From the NCBI GenBank assembly GCA_034439575.1, contig JAWXAQ010000015.1, forward strand, positions 64,001-128,000: a DNA stretch of 64,000 bases, written 5' to 3'. This DNA is from Leptospira sp. (lineage in GTDB: Bacteria; Spirochaetota; Leptospiria; Leptospirales; Leptospiraceae). The notes under the pieces were generated by a model. The model was not told the origin of the DNA. It did not search any database and was given only the letters and a program-made list of their open reading frames with translations. This document shows positions 20,823-31,006 of the stretch, in pieces (position 1 is the stretch's first letter; each line of letters opens with the position of its first letter). Made by a program: the position numbers and the translations under genes.

Positions 20823-22103
20823 TTAAATACGACTTTGCATCGGAATGTATTTACGTTGGTTTTCGCCTACGTATATCTGCTTCGGTCTTACTTTACTAAA
20901 ATCACCTTTTTTTCTTTGTTCTTTCCAATGAGCAAGCCAACCAGGCAATCGTCCTATCACTTGCATGACCGAAAACATAGTCTTCGGAATCCCTAAAGTA
21001 TGGAAGGCCAAACCCGAATAGTATTCTAAATTTGGATAGAGAAGATTATCAATAAAATATTGATCATTCCAAACAAGTTCATCAATTTTTAAAGCTGTTT
21101 CTTCTATCGCATCCAATTTTCTATTTTTGTAGAATTCTTGTACGATACCTCGTGCTACTTTTGCCCTAGGACTCACCACATCGTACGCTTTTTGACCAAA
21201 TCCATTGGATGATAATTTGGCTTCGCCGGTTTTAAATCTTTCGAAGTAATCTTTAACGGGTGTTTTTGATCGAATGATGTCTTCTATCAATTCAATGGCG
21301 GCTGTAGGTCTACCACCTTCTCTCGCACCCCATTGTGCCATAATACCAGCAGAAATACAGGCAAACAAATTTGCTTTTGTAGAACCTACCACCTGTACGG
21401 CGGTATTGGATACGTTTTGTTCGTGGTCGGCATGAAGAATCCAAAATTGATTTAATAATTTATCGAAGCCGTCTGGTACATCATACTGTTTGGCGGGAAC
21501 TGAATGCATCATATGTAAAAAATTTGTACAATAAGGATTTTTATCCAATGGATAAACAAAAGGATGGCCAACAGAATGTTTATAAGTAAATGCGGCGATG
21601 GTCCTTATCTTTGCAAGTAATCGTGCAATGAGATCAACGCCCATATCCAATTTTTCTTCGTAATCTTCTTGGTAATAACTGGAGAGCGATGTTACCATAA
21701 CAGAGAGTACAGCAAGTGGATTGGCAACACCAGGAAATCCATCAAATAAATTTAACATATCTTCGTGAATCATTGAATGTTTTGAAAGGCGGCCAGAAAA
21801 ATCACTTAGCTCTTTTTTATTTGGAAGATCACCATAAATTAAAAGGTAAGATGTTTCTACAAATGTAGATTGGTGTGCAAGCTCTATTACGTCATATCCG
21901 CGATAGGTGAGCTCACCTTTATCAGGATCTCGCCTTGATACTTTTGATAATCCTAAGGCAGTATTGAATAATCCTTGGTCTATGGTAACTAAACCCGTTT
22001 TTCTATAAAAGTCAGTGAGATCGATTCCTTCTTTTCCATCTGTTCCAATAACAATGGGAAACTGGTATGCCTTACCTTTGATGTGGATATCCACTTGGTT
22101 CAT
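20823..22103 (-). CDS. Citrate synthase family protein with substituted catalytic residues
   Basis: GELTYRGY, ILHADHEQN, GWLAHW retained; GAREGG, GFGQKAY, PNLEYYSG replace GPxHGG, GFGHRVY, PNVDFYSG. Confidence 0.85.
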   Translation of the reverse strand: MNQVDIHIKGKAYQFPIVIGTDGKEGIDLTDFYRKTGLVTIDQGLFNTALGLSKVSRRDPDKGELTYRGYDVIELAHQSTFVETSYLLIYGDLPNKKELSDFSGRLSKHSMIHEDMLNLFDGFPGVANPLAVLSVMVTSLSSYYQEDYEEKLDMGVDLIARLLAKIRTIAAFTYKHSVGHPFVYPLDKNPYCTNFLHMMHSVPAKQYDVPDGFDKLLNQFWILHADHEQNVSNTAVQVVGSTKANLFACISAGIMAQWGAREGGRPTAAIELIEDIIRSKTPVKDYFERFKTGEAKLSSNGFGQKAYDVVSPRAKVARGIVQEFYKNRKLDAIEETALKIDELVWNDQYFIDNLLYPNLEYYSGLAFHTLGIPKTMFSVMQVIGRLPGWLAHWKEQRKKGDFSKVRPKQIYVGENQRKYIPMQSRI

Positions 22104-22158
22104 TCGAAAACCTCTCTACCACAATACTCAGGAAGGGAAGTTAAGAATCTAGAAGAAT

Positions 22159-22545
22159 TTAAGATTGGGTGATAGCAGAATCGAGAGAATCGTGAATCAA
22201 AACAAAGTCAGTGAGTCCCACAATATCCATAACTTTACGGAAATGATTGTTTAGGCCTGCGAATTCGATTTTGCCATGACTTTCAGATGATTTTGTAATC
22301 AAACTGATAAGAGTAGCTATGCCCGCAGAATTGATATAAGAAGTGTCTGTGAAATTCAAGATGACACGAGATTTTTTATCCGTAGGAATCGATTCGTAAG
22401 ACTGTACGATTTCATCTTCGGCTTCGGATGTGATCTCACCAGCAATATGAATCACAGGAAGAGCTCCTCCATTTTCAAATCCAAGACGAATTTTAAATTC
22501 CTCGATCATTTGCTTCCAGGGAAATCGTTCAGAGAGAGGGGTCAA
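22159..22545 (-). CDS. STAS domain anti-sigma factor antagonist (likely start 22509)
   Basis: VILNFTDTSYINSAGIATL; VMDIVGL. Confidence 0.88.
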   Translation of the reverse strand: MTPLSERFPWKQMIEEFKIRLGFENGGALPVIHIAGEITSEAEDEIVQSYESIPTDKKSRVILNFTDTSYINSAGIATLISLITKSSESHGKIEFAGLNNHFRKVMDIVGLTDFVLIHDSLDSAITQS

Positions 22546-22551
22546 TCAAAA

Positions 22552-22773
22552 TTAGCCCTTACTTTTTCTTTCTTCTTTCGAAAGTCTTCCAAAGGGTTGT
22601 TTGCAAGTGCGACATACATAATATATATCAATTGGTGAAGCAGAGATACCAATCAATCCCATCGCAATCATTCCCCAAGTAGAGTATTTCACTACTTTTC
22701 TGGCATTTTCAGAATCACGTGTAGTGCCACAGTCACAGGATACTCGATCGGCTTTTTTTAATTGGGAGGTCAT
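22552..22773 (-). CDS. Small Cys-rich (CxC...CxxC) protein with hydrophobic core
   Basis: SCDCGT...YVCRTCKQPF; co-oriented with neighbours. Confidence 0.6.
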   Translation of the reverse strand: MTSQLKKADRVSCDCGTTRDSENARKVVKYSTWGMIAMGLIGISASPIDIYYVCRTCKQPFGRLSKEERKSKG

Positions 22774-22830
22774 AAAGTCAGCTTCCGATCCCACTCGAAA
22801 AAAACGAGTAAGATCGGATAGAAAGAAAAT

Positions 22831-23232
22831 TTAATTTTTTCCGAGATGTTCTACGTATTTTGCTAAAACAGGAATATCATTTCCTAAGTGTTTGTAAGCA
22901 ACCATAGGAGATCCTTTGATCCCTTCATTAAGTGTTTTTGTAATACCTGCAATGGTGTTTCCATTTTTCCATTCTGAAGAAGGAGCTTTGAAATTTCTAG
23001 GTTTTGGGTTGAGGGCAGCTGCAGCAGCACCGTCTCCACCACCTTTTTCACCGTGGCAAGATGCACAATTTTGTAAAAAGATTTCTTCGCCGCGAGCGAG
23101 TTCAGGATCTACAGTAACTGCAGGTGCAGTTTCAGTTGTAGTAGTTTCAGCAGGTTTGTCACCGCCACATGCAATCATAGTGAGTGCAAGTGCAACAACA
23201 GATATAGAAATTAAGAGTTTGTTCAATTTCAT
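22831..23232 (-). CDS. Mono-heme cytochrome c lipoprotein
   Basis: Start MKLNKLL at 23232 with GGAGAG RBS; lipobox MIAC; CASCH; NPKPRNF; GSPM. Confidence 0.9.
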   Translation of the reverse strand: MKLNKLLISISVVALALTMIACGGDKPAETTTTETAPAVTVDPELARGEEIFLQNCASCHGEKGGGDGAAAAALNPKPRNFKAPSSEWKNGNTIAGITKTLNEGIKGSPMVAYKHLGNDIPVLAKYVEHLGKN

Positions 23233-23296
23233 TTCTCTCTCCAAAGTAATGGTTACTTCCAATGAATTGTCACAGAAGTGTTTTGGCGAGAAGATT

Positions 23297-24226
23297 TCAG
23301 GATTTGCCCAAGAGATTTCGTAAGGCTTCACTGAGATTTTGAAACTGAAACTCATAACCTTCTTCTAGAAGTCTCTTAGGTGCAATGTATTGGCCTTCCG
23401 TAATCACTTGAGCTCCCTCTCCATATAATGCTTGTATAGCGATCGCAGGGATTTTGAAAATGGCTGGGCGAAAAAGTGTTTGTGCAAGTTGTTTAGAGAA
23501 TTCAAAATTACTGCAAGGATTTGGAGATACAATATTATAAGATCCTTCGGCAGATCTCTTGGTTAACAAATACAAGGTGGAAGATACAAAATCTCCGATA
23601 TGTATCCAACTAATTCCTTGTTCGCCTGTGGCAATTGGTCCACCTACACCAAATTGAAACGGAGGAATCATCTTTTCTAAGGCACCACCCTTTGGTGATA
23701 GGACGATGCCTGTGCGTAATACTATGACTCTGATGCCTTTTTCTTTGAGGGGCTCGACTTCTTTTTCCCAATCTACACAAATGGAAGCTAAAAAATCCGA
23801 GCCAGGGACTTGGGTTTCATCATATGGTGCATGTCTTGAAGCAGACATACCGTAATATCCTACGGCGGATCCTTGCAAAAAAACTTTTGGTGGGTTTTTA
23901 CAATCGCGGATCCTTGCAACTAGACCCCGAGTAAAATCTATTCGTGAAATACGAATTAAATGTTTTCTTTCATTTGTCCACCGAACACCCGCTATTGGTT
24001 CACCAACTAAATTGATCATGGCATCTAGTCCTTCCAATTGTTGGGAAGTGGGAATTGTCGTGGTGACCAGTTCGATTTCTGAAAATTGTTTTAAATCATT
24101 TGGTAGTTCTGTTCTGCGTGAAAAAACTCTAAATTGGTGACCACGTTTAATCCAATACGGGATAAGCTCACTACCGATTAAACCTGTGCCACCGAGTATG
24201 CCAATTTTCATATGTCTAGTTTCCAA
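23297..24226 (-). CDS. TIGR01777 family NAD-dependent epimerase/oxidoreductase (YfcH-like)
   Basis: GGTGLIG, INLVGEPI..RWT, SAVGYYG, LRTGIVLS..GGAL, WIHIGD. Confidence 0.92.
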   Translation of the reverse strand: METRHMKIGILGGTGLIGSELIPYWIKRGHQFRVFSRRTELPNDLKQFSEIELVTTTIPTSQQLEGLDAMINLVGEPIAGVRWTNERKHLIRISRIDFTRGLVARIRDCKNPPKVFLQGSAVGYYGMSASRHAPYDETQVPGSDFLASICVDWEKEVEPLKEKGIRVIVLRTGIVLSPKGGALEKMIPPFQFGVGGPIATGEQGISWIHIGDFVSSTLYLLTKRSAEGSYNIVSPNPCSNFEFSKQLAQTLFRPAIFKIPAIAIQALYGEGAQVITEGQYIAPKRLLEEGYEFQFQNLSEALRNLLGKS

Positions 24227-24282
24227 TCAGAAAGAAAAAAGAAGTAGAACTTTTTAGGAGAGAATCAATATTTTTAGAATTC

Positions 24283-24864
24283 ATGCGGATCGCTACAATT
24301 ATCCCACTCATTGTTTGGACATTGGCCATAATACTTGGCAATTATCATTTGGTTTCTTCAACGAATCAAAAAATAGAAACATATCATAACTCCCCACCTT
24401 TTCGAATCGGTGCCTTGTTCCATGGAAAAGATTTATCCAATCTGTTAGACTCTGATCCCAATACGATTTGGGAAAGAAAAGAAAAACAAGAAGGCCAAGC
24501 CGATTTTTTTCTCGAACTCAAACTCACACATTTTTGGTCGGGAAATGAATTCAGTCCCTTTCCAGTAAAAGAAATAGTATGGGTTTCATGTAACGGACGT
24601 ACAATCCCTGAATTTACTGCCAAATTGATTTTAAGAGAAGCAATCAATGTGGATAAAGAACTCCGTCTACCAATTGACACCTTCATCCAAACTTTTGTTT
24701 CAAAAGATAAAAATCAAACTTATATCACGAAACCCATCCTTAACACACAACCTTTAAAAAAAGAATCCGTTTACCCCAATGGAATCTATATTTATACATT
24801 GGAAATGAGTTTACCAAAACCAATTTCACCTAACGATTGCTTTTCGGAAATAAGGATAAACTAA
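24283..24864 (+). CDS. Exported hypothetical protein
   Basis: N-terminal hydrophobic segment; 7 nt before the AAA gene. Confidence 0.65.
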   Translation: MRIATIIPLIVWTLAIILGNYHLVSSTNQKIETYHNSPPFRIGALFHGKDLSNLLDSDPNTIWERKEKQEGQADFFLELKLTHFWSGNEFSPFPVKEIVWVSCNGRTIPEFTAKLILREAINVDKELRLPIDTFIQTFVSKDKNQTYITKPILNTQPLKKESVYPNGIYIYTLEMSLPKPISPNDCFSEIRIN

Positions 24865-24871
24865 GAATACT

Positions 24872-26455
24872 ATGGAATTAAAAAATTCTTCAAAAAAAGT
24901 ATCTCAATCACCTACCATTCCTCAAAAAAAAGAAGGAACAAAAAAATTTGATATTGAAAGCCTTTTAGAAGAAGGACCTCTTCCCATTCATTCATCTATG
25001 GATGAAACCTTGGGCTTAGATGAAAAACTCAGAAAGGCTTATTTCTGGATTATAAATAATGCTATCATAAATCCATTTTATGACATCGAATACAATGGTA
25101 AATCTCCAGTTCAATTTATCATCGGTGATTTAAAAACAAAAATTGTTCTGCCATCTAATCAAAGTTATTCTAGTTTTGTCTTGTTACCACTTTTGACACT
25201 GGTGGTTCGAGGGAAATGTTTACTTGTCGGTGGACCTGGTCGGGGAAAAACAGCATCAGCTATTCTTATGGGAGTGATCGCAGGTTATTCTTTAAAAGAT
25301 ATCAAACGAGCCATACAACACGGTCAACCTCAAATGACGATCACTGATTTACTAGGTAACCCATTACCTTCCGATTTGATGAATGCCAAAAGTATGGATG
25401 AAATTAAAATCTCTTGGAGAAAATGGCTCGGGATGCGGGTCAAAGTCATAGATGAATACAATCGTATCCCTACTCGTACACAATCTGCCTTATTAACTGT
25501 TCTAGGTGACAACTATGCCGAGTTATATGATCAGGTTTTTGATTGCCCTGAAGCCGCATGGTATCTAACAGCTAACGATGATGCAGGTGGCGGAACATAC
25601 CAAGTTATAGAAGCATTAAAAGATAGGATTGATATTGTAGTTAAGGCATTACATTTCAACACACGCTTTATAAAAGAATTATTACAACGAGTGGAAGAAA
25701 ATTTTAAACCAGAAGCAATGGTTCCAAAGGAAATTATTTTTTCTGAAGAAGAAATTCAAAAGATCAATGATCAAATTCGAATGATTGAATTTCCAGAACC
25801 ACTTAGACGGCGTATGGAATTCTTTGCCGCTCAGTTCGAATTTTTTGAAACTGGCGGGGAACAGATAGAATACAAAACTAAAGATACAGTCAAGTTATCA
25901 ATGGCGGATTTTTCGAGCCTTGCGGCTCTTGACCAGGGCAAAGACAAAAAAAAAGATTTAGGATCACAAACAAAAAACGGTCTTTCTGTTAGAGCCATTT
26001 TTACTTGTTTGAATTATGCTAAGGCATTAGCTTATTTTAGGGGATTAACGGCTGTCACACTGGATGATTTAGCTCATGTTTTACCTTTTGTATTACATGA
26101 TAAATTAGTTCAAAATTCTGATTCTCCATTTTTTGAAGATTCTGGTCATGCAGTATACCGAAGTGATAAAGTTAGCTGGATACGAAAATTATTTGAACTT
26201 TCTTGTGCTGAATATGATCGACTAGGCTTGGACAAAAATGATCCAGTCGCTAATCTTTCCTCACTCTTTGAAGGCGGGCTCGAAGGTTTAAGTCTTTCCC
26301 AAACAAAAGAACGCATCGTCGCAATAGAAAAAGAAGTCGAGACAATCAGTAAACAGAGAAAAATTTACGGTCATGTATATGATGATCTTCTAAAACTTAA
26401 ATACCTTCACCAAAGATATACAAACTACGAACGTTGGTTAGAGGAAAACGGATGA
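24872..26455 (+). CDS. MoxR-like AAA+ ATPase
   Basis: Walker A GGPGRGKT, Walker B VIDEYNR, TQSALL, sensor TAN, Arg finger ALKDRID, GLSVRA. Confidence 0.88.
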   Translation: MELKNSSKKVSQSPTIPQKKEGTKKFDIESLLEEGPLPIHSSMDETLGLDEKLRKAYFWIINNAIINPFYDIEYNGKSPVQFIIGDLKTKIVLPSNQSYSSFVLLPLLTLVVRGKCLLVGGPGRGKTASAILMGVIAGYSLKDIKRAIQHGQPQMTITDLLGNPLPSDLMNAKSMDEIKISWRKWLGMRVKVIDEYNRIPTRTQSALLTVLGDNYAELYDQVFDCPEAAWYLTANDDAGGGTYQVIEALKDRIDIVVKALHFNTRFIKELLQRVEENFKPEAMVPKEIIFSEEEIQKINDQIRMIEFPEPLRRRMEFFAAQFEFFETGGEQIEYKTKDTVKLSMADFSSLAALDQGKDKKKDLGSQTKNGLSVRAIFTCLNYAKALAYFRGLTAVTLDDLAHVLPFVLHDKLVQNSDSPFFEDSGHAVYRSDKVSWIRKLFELSCAEYDRLGLDKNDPVANLSSLFEGGLEGLSLSQTKERIVAIEKEVETISKQRKIYGHVYDDLLKLKYLHQRYTNYERWLEENG

Positions 26456-27402
26456 TACCAACAGTTTGGAAAGAATTCTTAAAACAAGAAAAGAATCTAT
26501 TAAACCAAATTGTAATTTTTTATAAACAAAATCATTCTAATTTTCAAACCGAATTAGTTGGTGAATTTTTAATTCCATACTATACGGCTCTAGGAAAATC
26601 CATTCCAGAACCAAAATCTTTTGAGGAAGTACAAGAAAGTTTTGAAATGTTGATCAAACTGATTCAAAAAGGATATCTCCGAGATCCTAAAGGTCAAAAA
26701 GAAATCCTCTTTTTTAAATTGATAGAATCAATGAGTAAACCGCTCACCGAGAACTTTTTGTTATCTATTAGTTATTTGATAAATGTTTCATCTAAATTAA
26801 AAGGAGTTTCAGAAGAAAAATTCTTAAACCAACTTTTATTATTAAGACAGCATATCGATACATTAGAAATTTTTAAACTAACTTTGATTACATTGATTTG
26901 GGTGGATGGTCATCCAGAATACCGCATTGAAGCTTTAAATGTTTATAAAAAATTACCAAAACCCATTCAAATAGAATTCTCAAAATCATTTTATGATTCC
27001 CCAGAAGAATTTCATCAAACACTCACAAAAAATCCTTTTGGTATCAAAGATATTAAACAGGAAATAGATATTAAATATAAAATAATATCATCTCATCCAT
27101 TACTCGGTGGTGAATTTAAAATCCAACCTTTGTTAAATGAATTTGAAAATAATTTTTACGCAATTGTGGGAACTGAATCCTACCAAATTCATTTTGATTT
27201 ATTTGGATCCACGGTTCATCCTGTAGGTTTAAATTTAAAAAGCAAGCTAGGAAAACTTTCCACCCCATTTTGGAAAAATATCATTATCAAATTTTTTAAT
27301 GAAAATCAAATCACTTCCGTTATTGAAACGGAAAATTTTGCACTTATCACTTTAAACGAATCCTATTCAGTTTATCTTTTCTATAGAGCTGCAAAAAAAT
27401 GA
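26434..27402 (+). CDS. Hypothetical protein in AAA/vWA operon
   Basis: 322-aa ORF abutting both neighbours; ATGA overlap with the vWA gene. Confidence 0.75.
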   Translation: MVRGKRMIPTVWKEFLKQEKNLLNQIVIFYKQNHSNFQTELVGEFLIPYYTALGKSIPEPKSFEEVQESFEMLIKLIQKGYLRDPKGQKEILFFKLIESMSKPLTENFLLSISYLINVSSKLKGVSEEKFLNQLLLLRQHIDTLEIFKLTLITLIWVDGHPEYRIEALNVYKKLPKPIQIEFSKSFYDSPEEFHQTLTKNPFGIKDIKQEIDIKYKIISSHPLLGGEFKIQPLLNEFENNFYAIVGTESYQIHFDLFGSTVHPVGLNLKSKLGKLSTPFWKNIIIKFFNENQITSVIETENFALITLNESYSVYLFYRAAKK

Positions 27403-29102
27403 ATGTCGTTGAACAGTGGCAGGCGAAATGGGAAGAATCCTTATCCCTTTGGAGTGATTTTGTAAAATTATCCGATCCAAAATTTTTAGTCACAGCAAAA
27501 GATGAAAAAGAAGAAGGCGATTTTGGAAGTTTCGCTGCAATTCGGTTAGCTGATCATAAAATTATACTTTCTGTTCCCAAAATACAAAAATACAACTTAG
27601 AAGATTATCCTTTAGAAATCATGGGGCATGAGATTGGTCATCATGTTTATTGTCCGGGCGATTTAGCAGATCATGGAAAATTAATTTATTTAATTCGCAC
27701 TGCGATGCCAAGGTACGAACATTTGGCTCCTATGATTGTCAACATTTATGAAGACCTATTTATCAATGATAAACTTAAAAGACAACATAACTTGCGTATG
27801 GAAGAAGTTTACCAAAAGATTGGCAAACAAAATGATCCTTTTTGGAATTTTTATATGCGGACTTACGAAATTTTGTGGGCATTGCCAGAAGATACACTCA
27901 CGAGTGGGAAATTAGAATCTAACATCATGTCTGATGCCATTTTGGTAAATCGTATAGTTCGGAATTATTCAAACGACTGGATCATAGGGGCTTTCGATTT
28001 TGGAAACATTTGTTTTCCCTATTTTATCGGAAATCAAACTAATTCATCTGTTTCGCCGATGAATATTTTTCATGATACGAAAGATATAGGTCGCGGTAGT
28101 GAAATTCCAAGTGGGATTACCAATGTAGATATAGAATCCGTGTTAAATGAAGGATTAGATGCATCCCTAGGAAGGGATAAAACATCAGAGAAAAAAGATT
28201 CCAACTTAAAGCCAAATCAAAACATAACACCTGCTCAATATTCTGCTATCGGAGAGGCTCTTGGCATAAAGGCAAGTATTTCCGAAATGGCATATAAATA
28301 TTATAAAGAACGCGCACTTCCCTATCTCGTTACATATCCAAGCCTAATCACACCTGGCGCACCTGAAAAAATATTAGAGGGAACTGATTTATGGGACATT
28401 GGCTCCCCCATTGAAAATATAAATTGGTTTGAATCCCTGCTAAAGGGACCTGCCGTAATTCCTGGTTATACGACAGTAGAAAATTTTTACGGTGAAATGC
28501 CTTCTTTCGAAATAGAATCAAACCCTATAGATTTGGATCTCTTTGTTGACTGCTCGGGTTCTATGCCGAATCCACAAACCGAATTATCTTATCTTACACT
28601 TGCGGGAACCATCATTGCTTTATCAGCCTTACGTGTTGGATCAAATGTTCGGGTTACCTTATGGTCAGGAGAAAATGAATATTTTACGACTGATGCCTTT
28701 ACTAAAAATGAAAAGTCCATTTTAGAAATTTTAACTGGATATATTGGCGGTGCCACTTGTTTTCCTTTGGACCTTTTGAAAAAAGCATATGCTAATACAA
28801 CTCCAACGAAAAGAAAAACACATATACTGATCATATCTGATGAAGGCATTGATACTATGTACAATCAAAAATATCCTGTCGAAACTCGAAGTTTCGTAAA
28901 ATCAATGTTAGAGAATGCCGGTGGAGGTGGATCAATGGTTTTAAATTTATATTCGCCGACGTATCATAAAGAAATTCAAGAAATGAATGAATCAGGTTGG
29001 AATATCTTTCGCATTTCAAACTGGGAAGAACTTGTGGAATTCAGTAGAAACTTTGTTAAAAAAACTTATGAAAGAAATCAGACACTACATCAAACGCGTT
29101 AA
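27399..29102 (+). CDS. HExxH metallopeptidase-like + vWA domain protein
   Basis: GHEIGHH, NIYEDLFIND; MIDAS VDCSGSM...GGAT...ISDEG. Confidence 0.85.
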   Translation: MNVVEQWQAKWEESLSLWSDFVKLSDPKFLVTAKDEKEEGDFGSFAAIRLADHKIILSVPKIQKYNLEDYPLEIMGHEIGHHVYCPGDLADHGKLIYLIRTAMPRYEHLAPMIVNIYEDLFINDKLKRQHNLRMEEVYQKIGKQNDPFWNFYMRTYEILWALPEDTLTSGKLESNIMSDAILVNRIVRNYSNDWIIGAFDFGNICFPYFIGNQTNSSVSPMNIFHDTKDIGRGSEIPSGITNVDIESVLNEGLDASLGRDKTSEKKDSNLKPNQNITPAQYSAIGEALGIKASISEMAYKYYKERALPYLVTYPSLITPGAPEKILEGTDLWDIGSPIENINWFESLLKGPAVIPGYTTVENFYGEMPSFEIESNPIDLDLFVDCSGSMPNPQTELSYLTLAGTIIALSALRVGSNVRVTLWSGENEYFTTDAFTKNEKSILEILTGYIGGATCFPLDLLKKAYANTTPTKRKTHILIISDEGIDTMYNQKYPVETRSFVKSMLENAGGGGSMVLNLYSPTYHKEIQEMNESGWNIFRISNWEELVEFSRNFVKKTYERNQTLHQTR

Positions 29103-29628
29103 CGACTTCCCAGTGTATCAGGTTGATTTGAATACGATCTCTGCTCAAAGTTTATGGAATGATGTATTGATTCGAACCAAAAACCAAATCAAGTTTTATA
29201 ACATTTTGAATGTCATTGAATGGGATAAAGTTAAAAAACAACCAAATTTGCTTGGACTTCATTTAGTGTTATGTTATTTCTTTGCCGATCCAAATTGGAA
29301 AGAAGAGAATATAGACGTTGAAAAATTGATAGCCTATCTTAAAGATAAATTACCAATTCTTGCAACCAATGTAAGTCCCTATACAGAATGGATTAGCGAT
29401 GGTGAAAGATCAGAAGAATTAGTGCGATCACTGTTAAACGGATTAGATTTACTTCCAGCCAACGAAACAGAAAAATATTTCAAAGATAGACTTAGATCCA
29501 TAGATACTTTAGAACGTATTCGAATATTAGAAGAATCTAAAAAAGCCCAGGAACGCGCACAAGAATTACTTAGAAAAATCAAACAGGCTGAGGAAGAAGA
29601 AGCCGCATCAAAATACAATAGAGAATAA
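29068..29628 (+). CDS. Hypothetical protein with C-terminal coiled coil
   Basis: Likely start MKEIRH at 29068; ends ERAQELLRKIKQAEEEEAASKYNRE. Confidence 0.7.
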   Translation: MKEIRHYIKRVNDFPVYQVDLNTISAQSLWNDVLIRTKNQIKFYNILNVIEWDKVKKQPNLLGLHLVLCYFFADPNWKEENIDVEKLIAYLKDKLPILATNVSPYTEWISDGERSEELVRSLLNGLDLLPANETEKYFKDRLRSIDTLERIRILEESKKAQERAQELLRKIKQAEEEEAASKYNRE

Positions 29629-29629
29629 A

Positions 29630-31006
29630 GTGGACCCGGCTCCTTATTTTAAAAATACCCCACTCATGAAAGCGGAATGGTTTGATTCGCTTTCAAAAAC
29701 CATTCTTTCTGAATTTGCACCAAAATGGAATACGGTCATTGGGGATCGAATCACAGCTAGCGATTATACATTTGTAAAAAATTACGAAGAGGAACTGTAT
29801 GCAAAGAGATCGTTTCATACCCATCATCCAAATGAATTTATAATTAATTTTATCAGATCACTTCGGTTTTATTCCGCATATTTTTATGATCGACTGAAGG
29901 ATATTTCTTTACCAAAAGAGTTTTCAAAAATTCCTTTTATGACAAGGGAAGATTTACAATTTAAAATCACTGAAATTCTTCCCACAAAGGATAGCCTGAA
30001 CCGACTCATAGTAAATCCAACATCTGGAACCACAGGCACTCCCATATTAGCACCAAACCACCCTAAGTCTATAGGATGTTATGTGCCATTTATTGAATAT
30101 TCCCTCAATGCACATGGAGTATCTACGGTTCATAATTTTAAAACCACAACAGGAATCCAATTGTGTTATCAAAATCAAACAATTGTATATGGAACTTGTC
30201 ACTCGCTAGCCGAAGGTGCCAAGTTTGCTAAAATAAATTTGAAAGCCTCTGAATGGAAGTCTACTTCTGACATAAATAATTTCATAAATGAACAATCACC
30301 TATCTTTCTTTCTGGTGATCCGTATTCTTTTGAAGAAGCTTTGCGCATGAAAATAAATTTTAAACCAAAAGCGATTCATTCTACGGCTCTTGAATTAACA
30401 CCAGCACTGCGATCAGCATTGGAAAATTTTTTCAAATGCTCAGTTATCAACTTCTATTCGTTAAACGAAACTGGGCCGATCGCCTATTCATGTCCAAAGA
30501 ATCCAGAATGGATGCATATATTACCTCATGATATTTTTATAGAACTCATTGATACTGAAGGCGAGAATTCCGATTTCGGCGAGATAACCATCACAGGTGG
30601 AAGAAATCCATATTTACCCTTACTTCGTTATAAAACTGGGGATTGGGGAAATTTAAAATTTGGTGCTTGTGATTGCGGAGAAAAATCTCCAAAATTAAAA
30701 TTATTACAAGGTAGAAAGCCAATTTCATTTACTGATACTCTGGGCAATAAAATCAATCCAGTCGATGTCTCTCGAATTCTCCGGATGGAATCCAATATTT
30801 TACGTCACCAATTCATTCAAAAGAAAAAAAAGCATTATCAGATCAATTTATCTATCATGGTTCCGTTTAACACCTTACATATTCAAGAGTTAAAGAATAA
30901 ATTCTATGAATTGTTAGGATTTGATGCCGAAATTTTATTAAATTTTGATTTACCAAATGATGGAACAAAACTTCCAGTCTTTATAAATGAGTTAGAGACT
31001 ATATGA
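29630..31006 (+). CDS. Phenylacetate-CoA ligase / CapK-like adenylate-forming enzyme
   Basis: PTSGTTGTP P-loop, FYSLNETGPI, PLLRYKTGDWG, CDCG, LQGRK. Confidence 0.85.
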   Translation: MDPAPYFKNTPLMKAEWFDSLSKTILSEFAPKWNTVIGDRITASDYTFVKNYEEELYAKRSFHTHHPNEFIINFIRSLRFYSAYFYDRLKDISLPKEFSKIPFMTREDLQFKITEILPTKDSLNRLIVNPTSGTTGTPILAPNHPKSIGCYVPFIEYSLNAHGVSTVHNFKTTTGIQLCYQNQTIVYGTCHSLAEGAKFAKINLKASEWKSTSDINNFINEQSPIFLSGDPYSFEEALRMKINFKPKAIHSTALELTPALRSALENFFKCSVINFYSLNETGPIAYSCPKNPEWMHILPHDIFIELIDTEGENSDFGEITITGGRNPYLPLLRYKTGDWGNLKFGACDCGEKSPKLKLLQGRKPISFTDTLGNKINPVDVSRILRMESNILRHQFIQKKKKHYQINLSIMVPFNTLHIQELKNKFYELLGFDAEILLNFDLPNDGTKLPVFINELETI

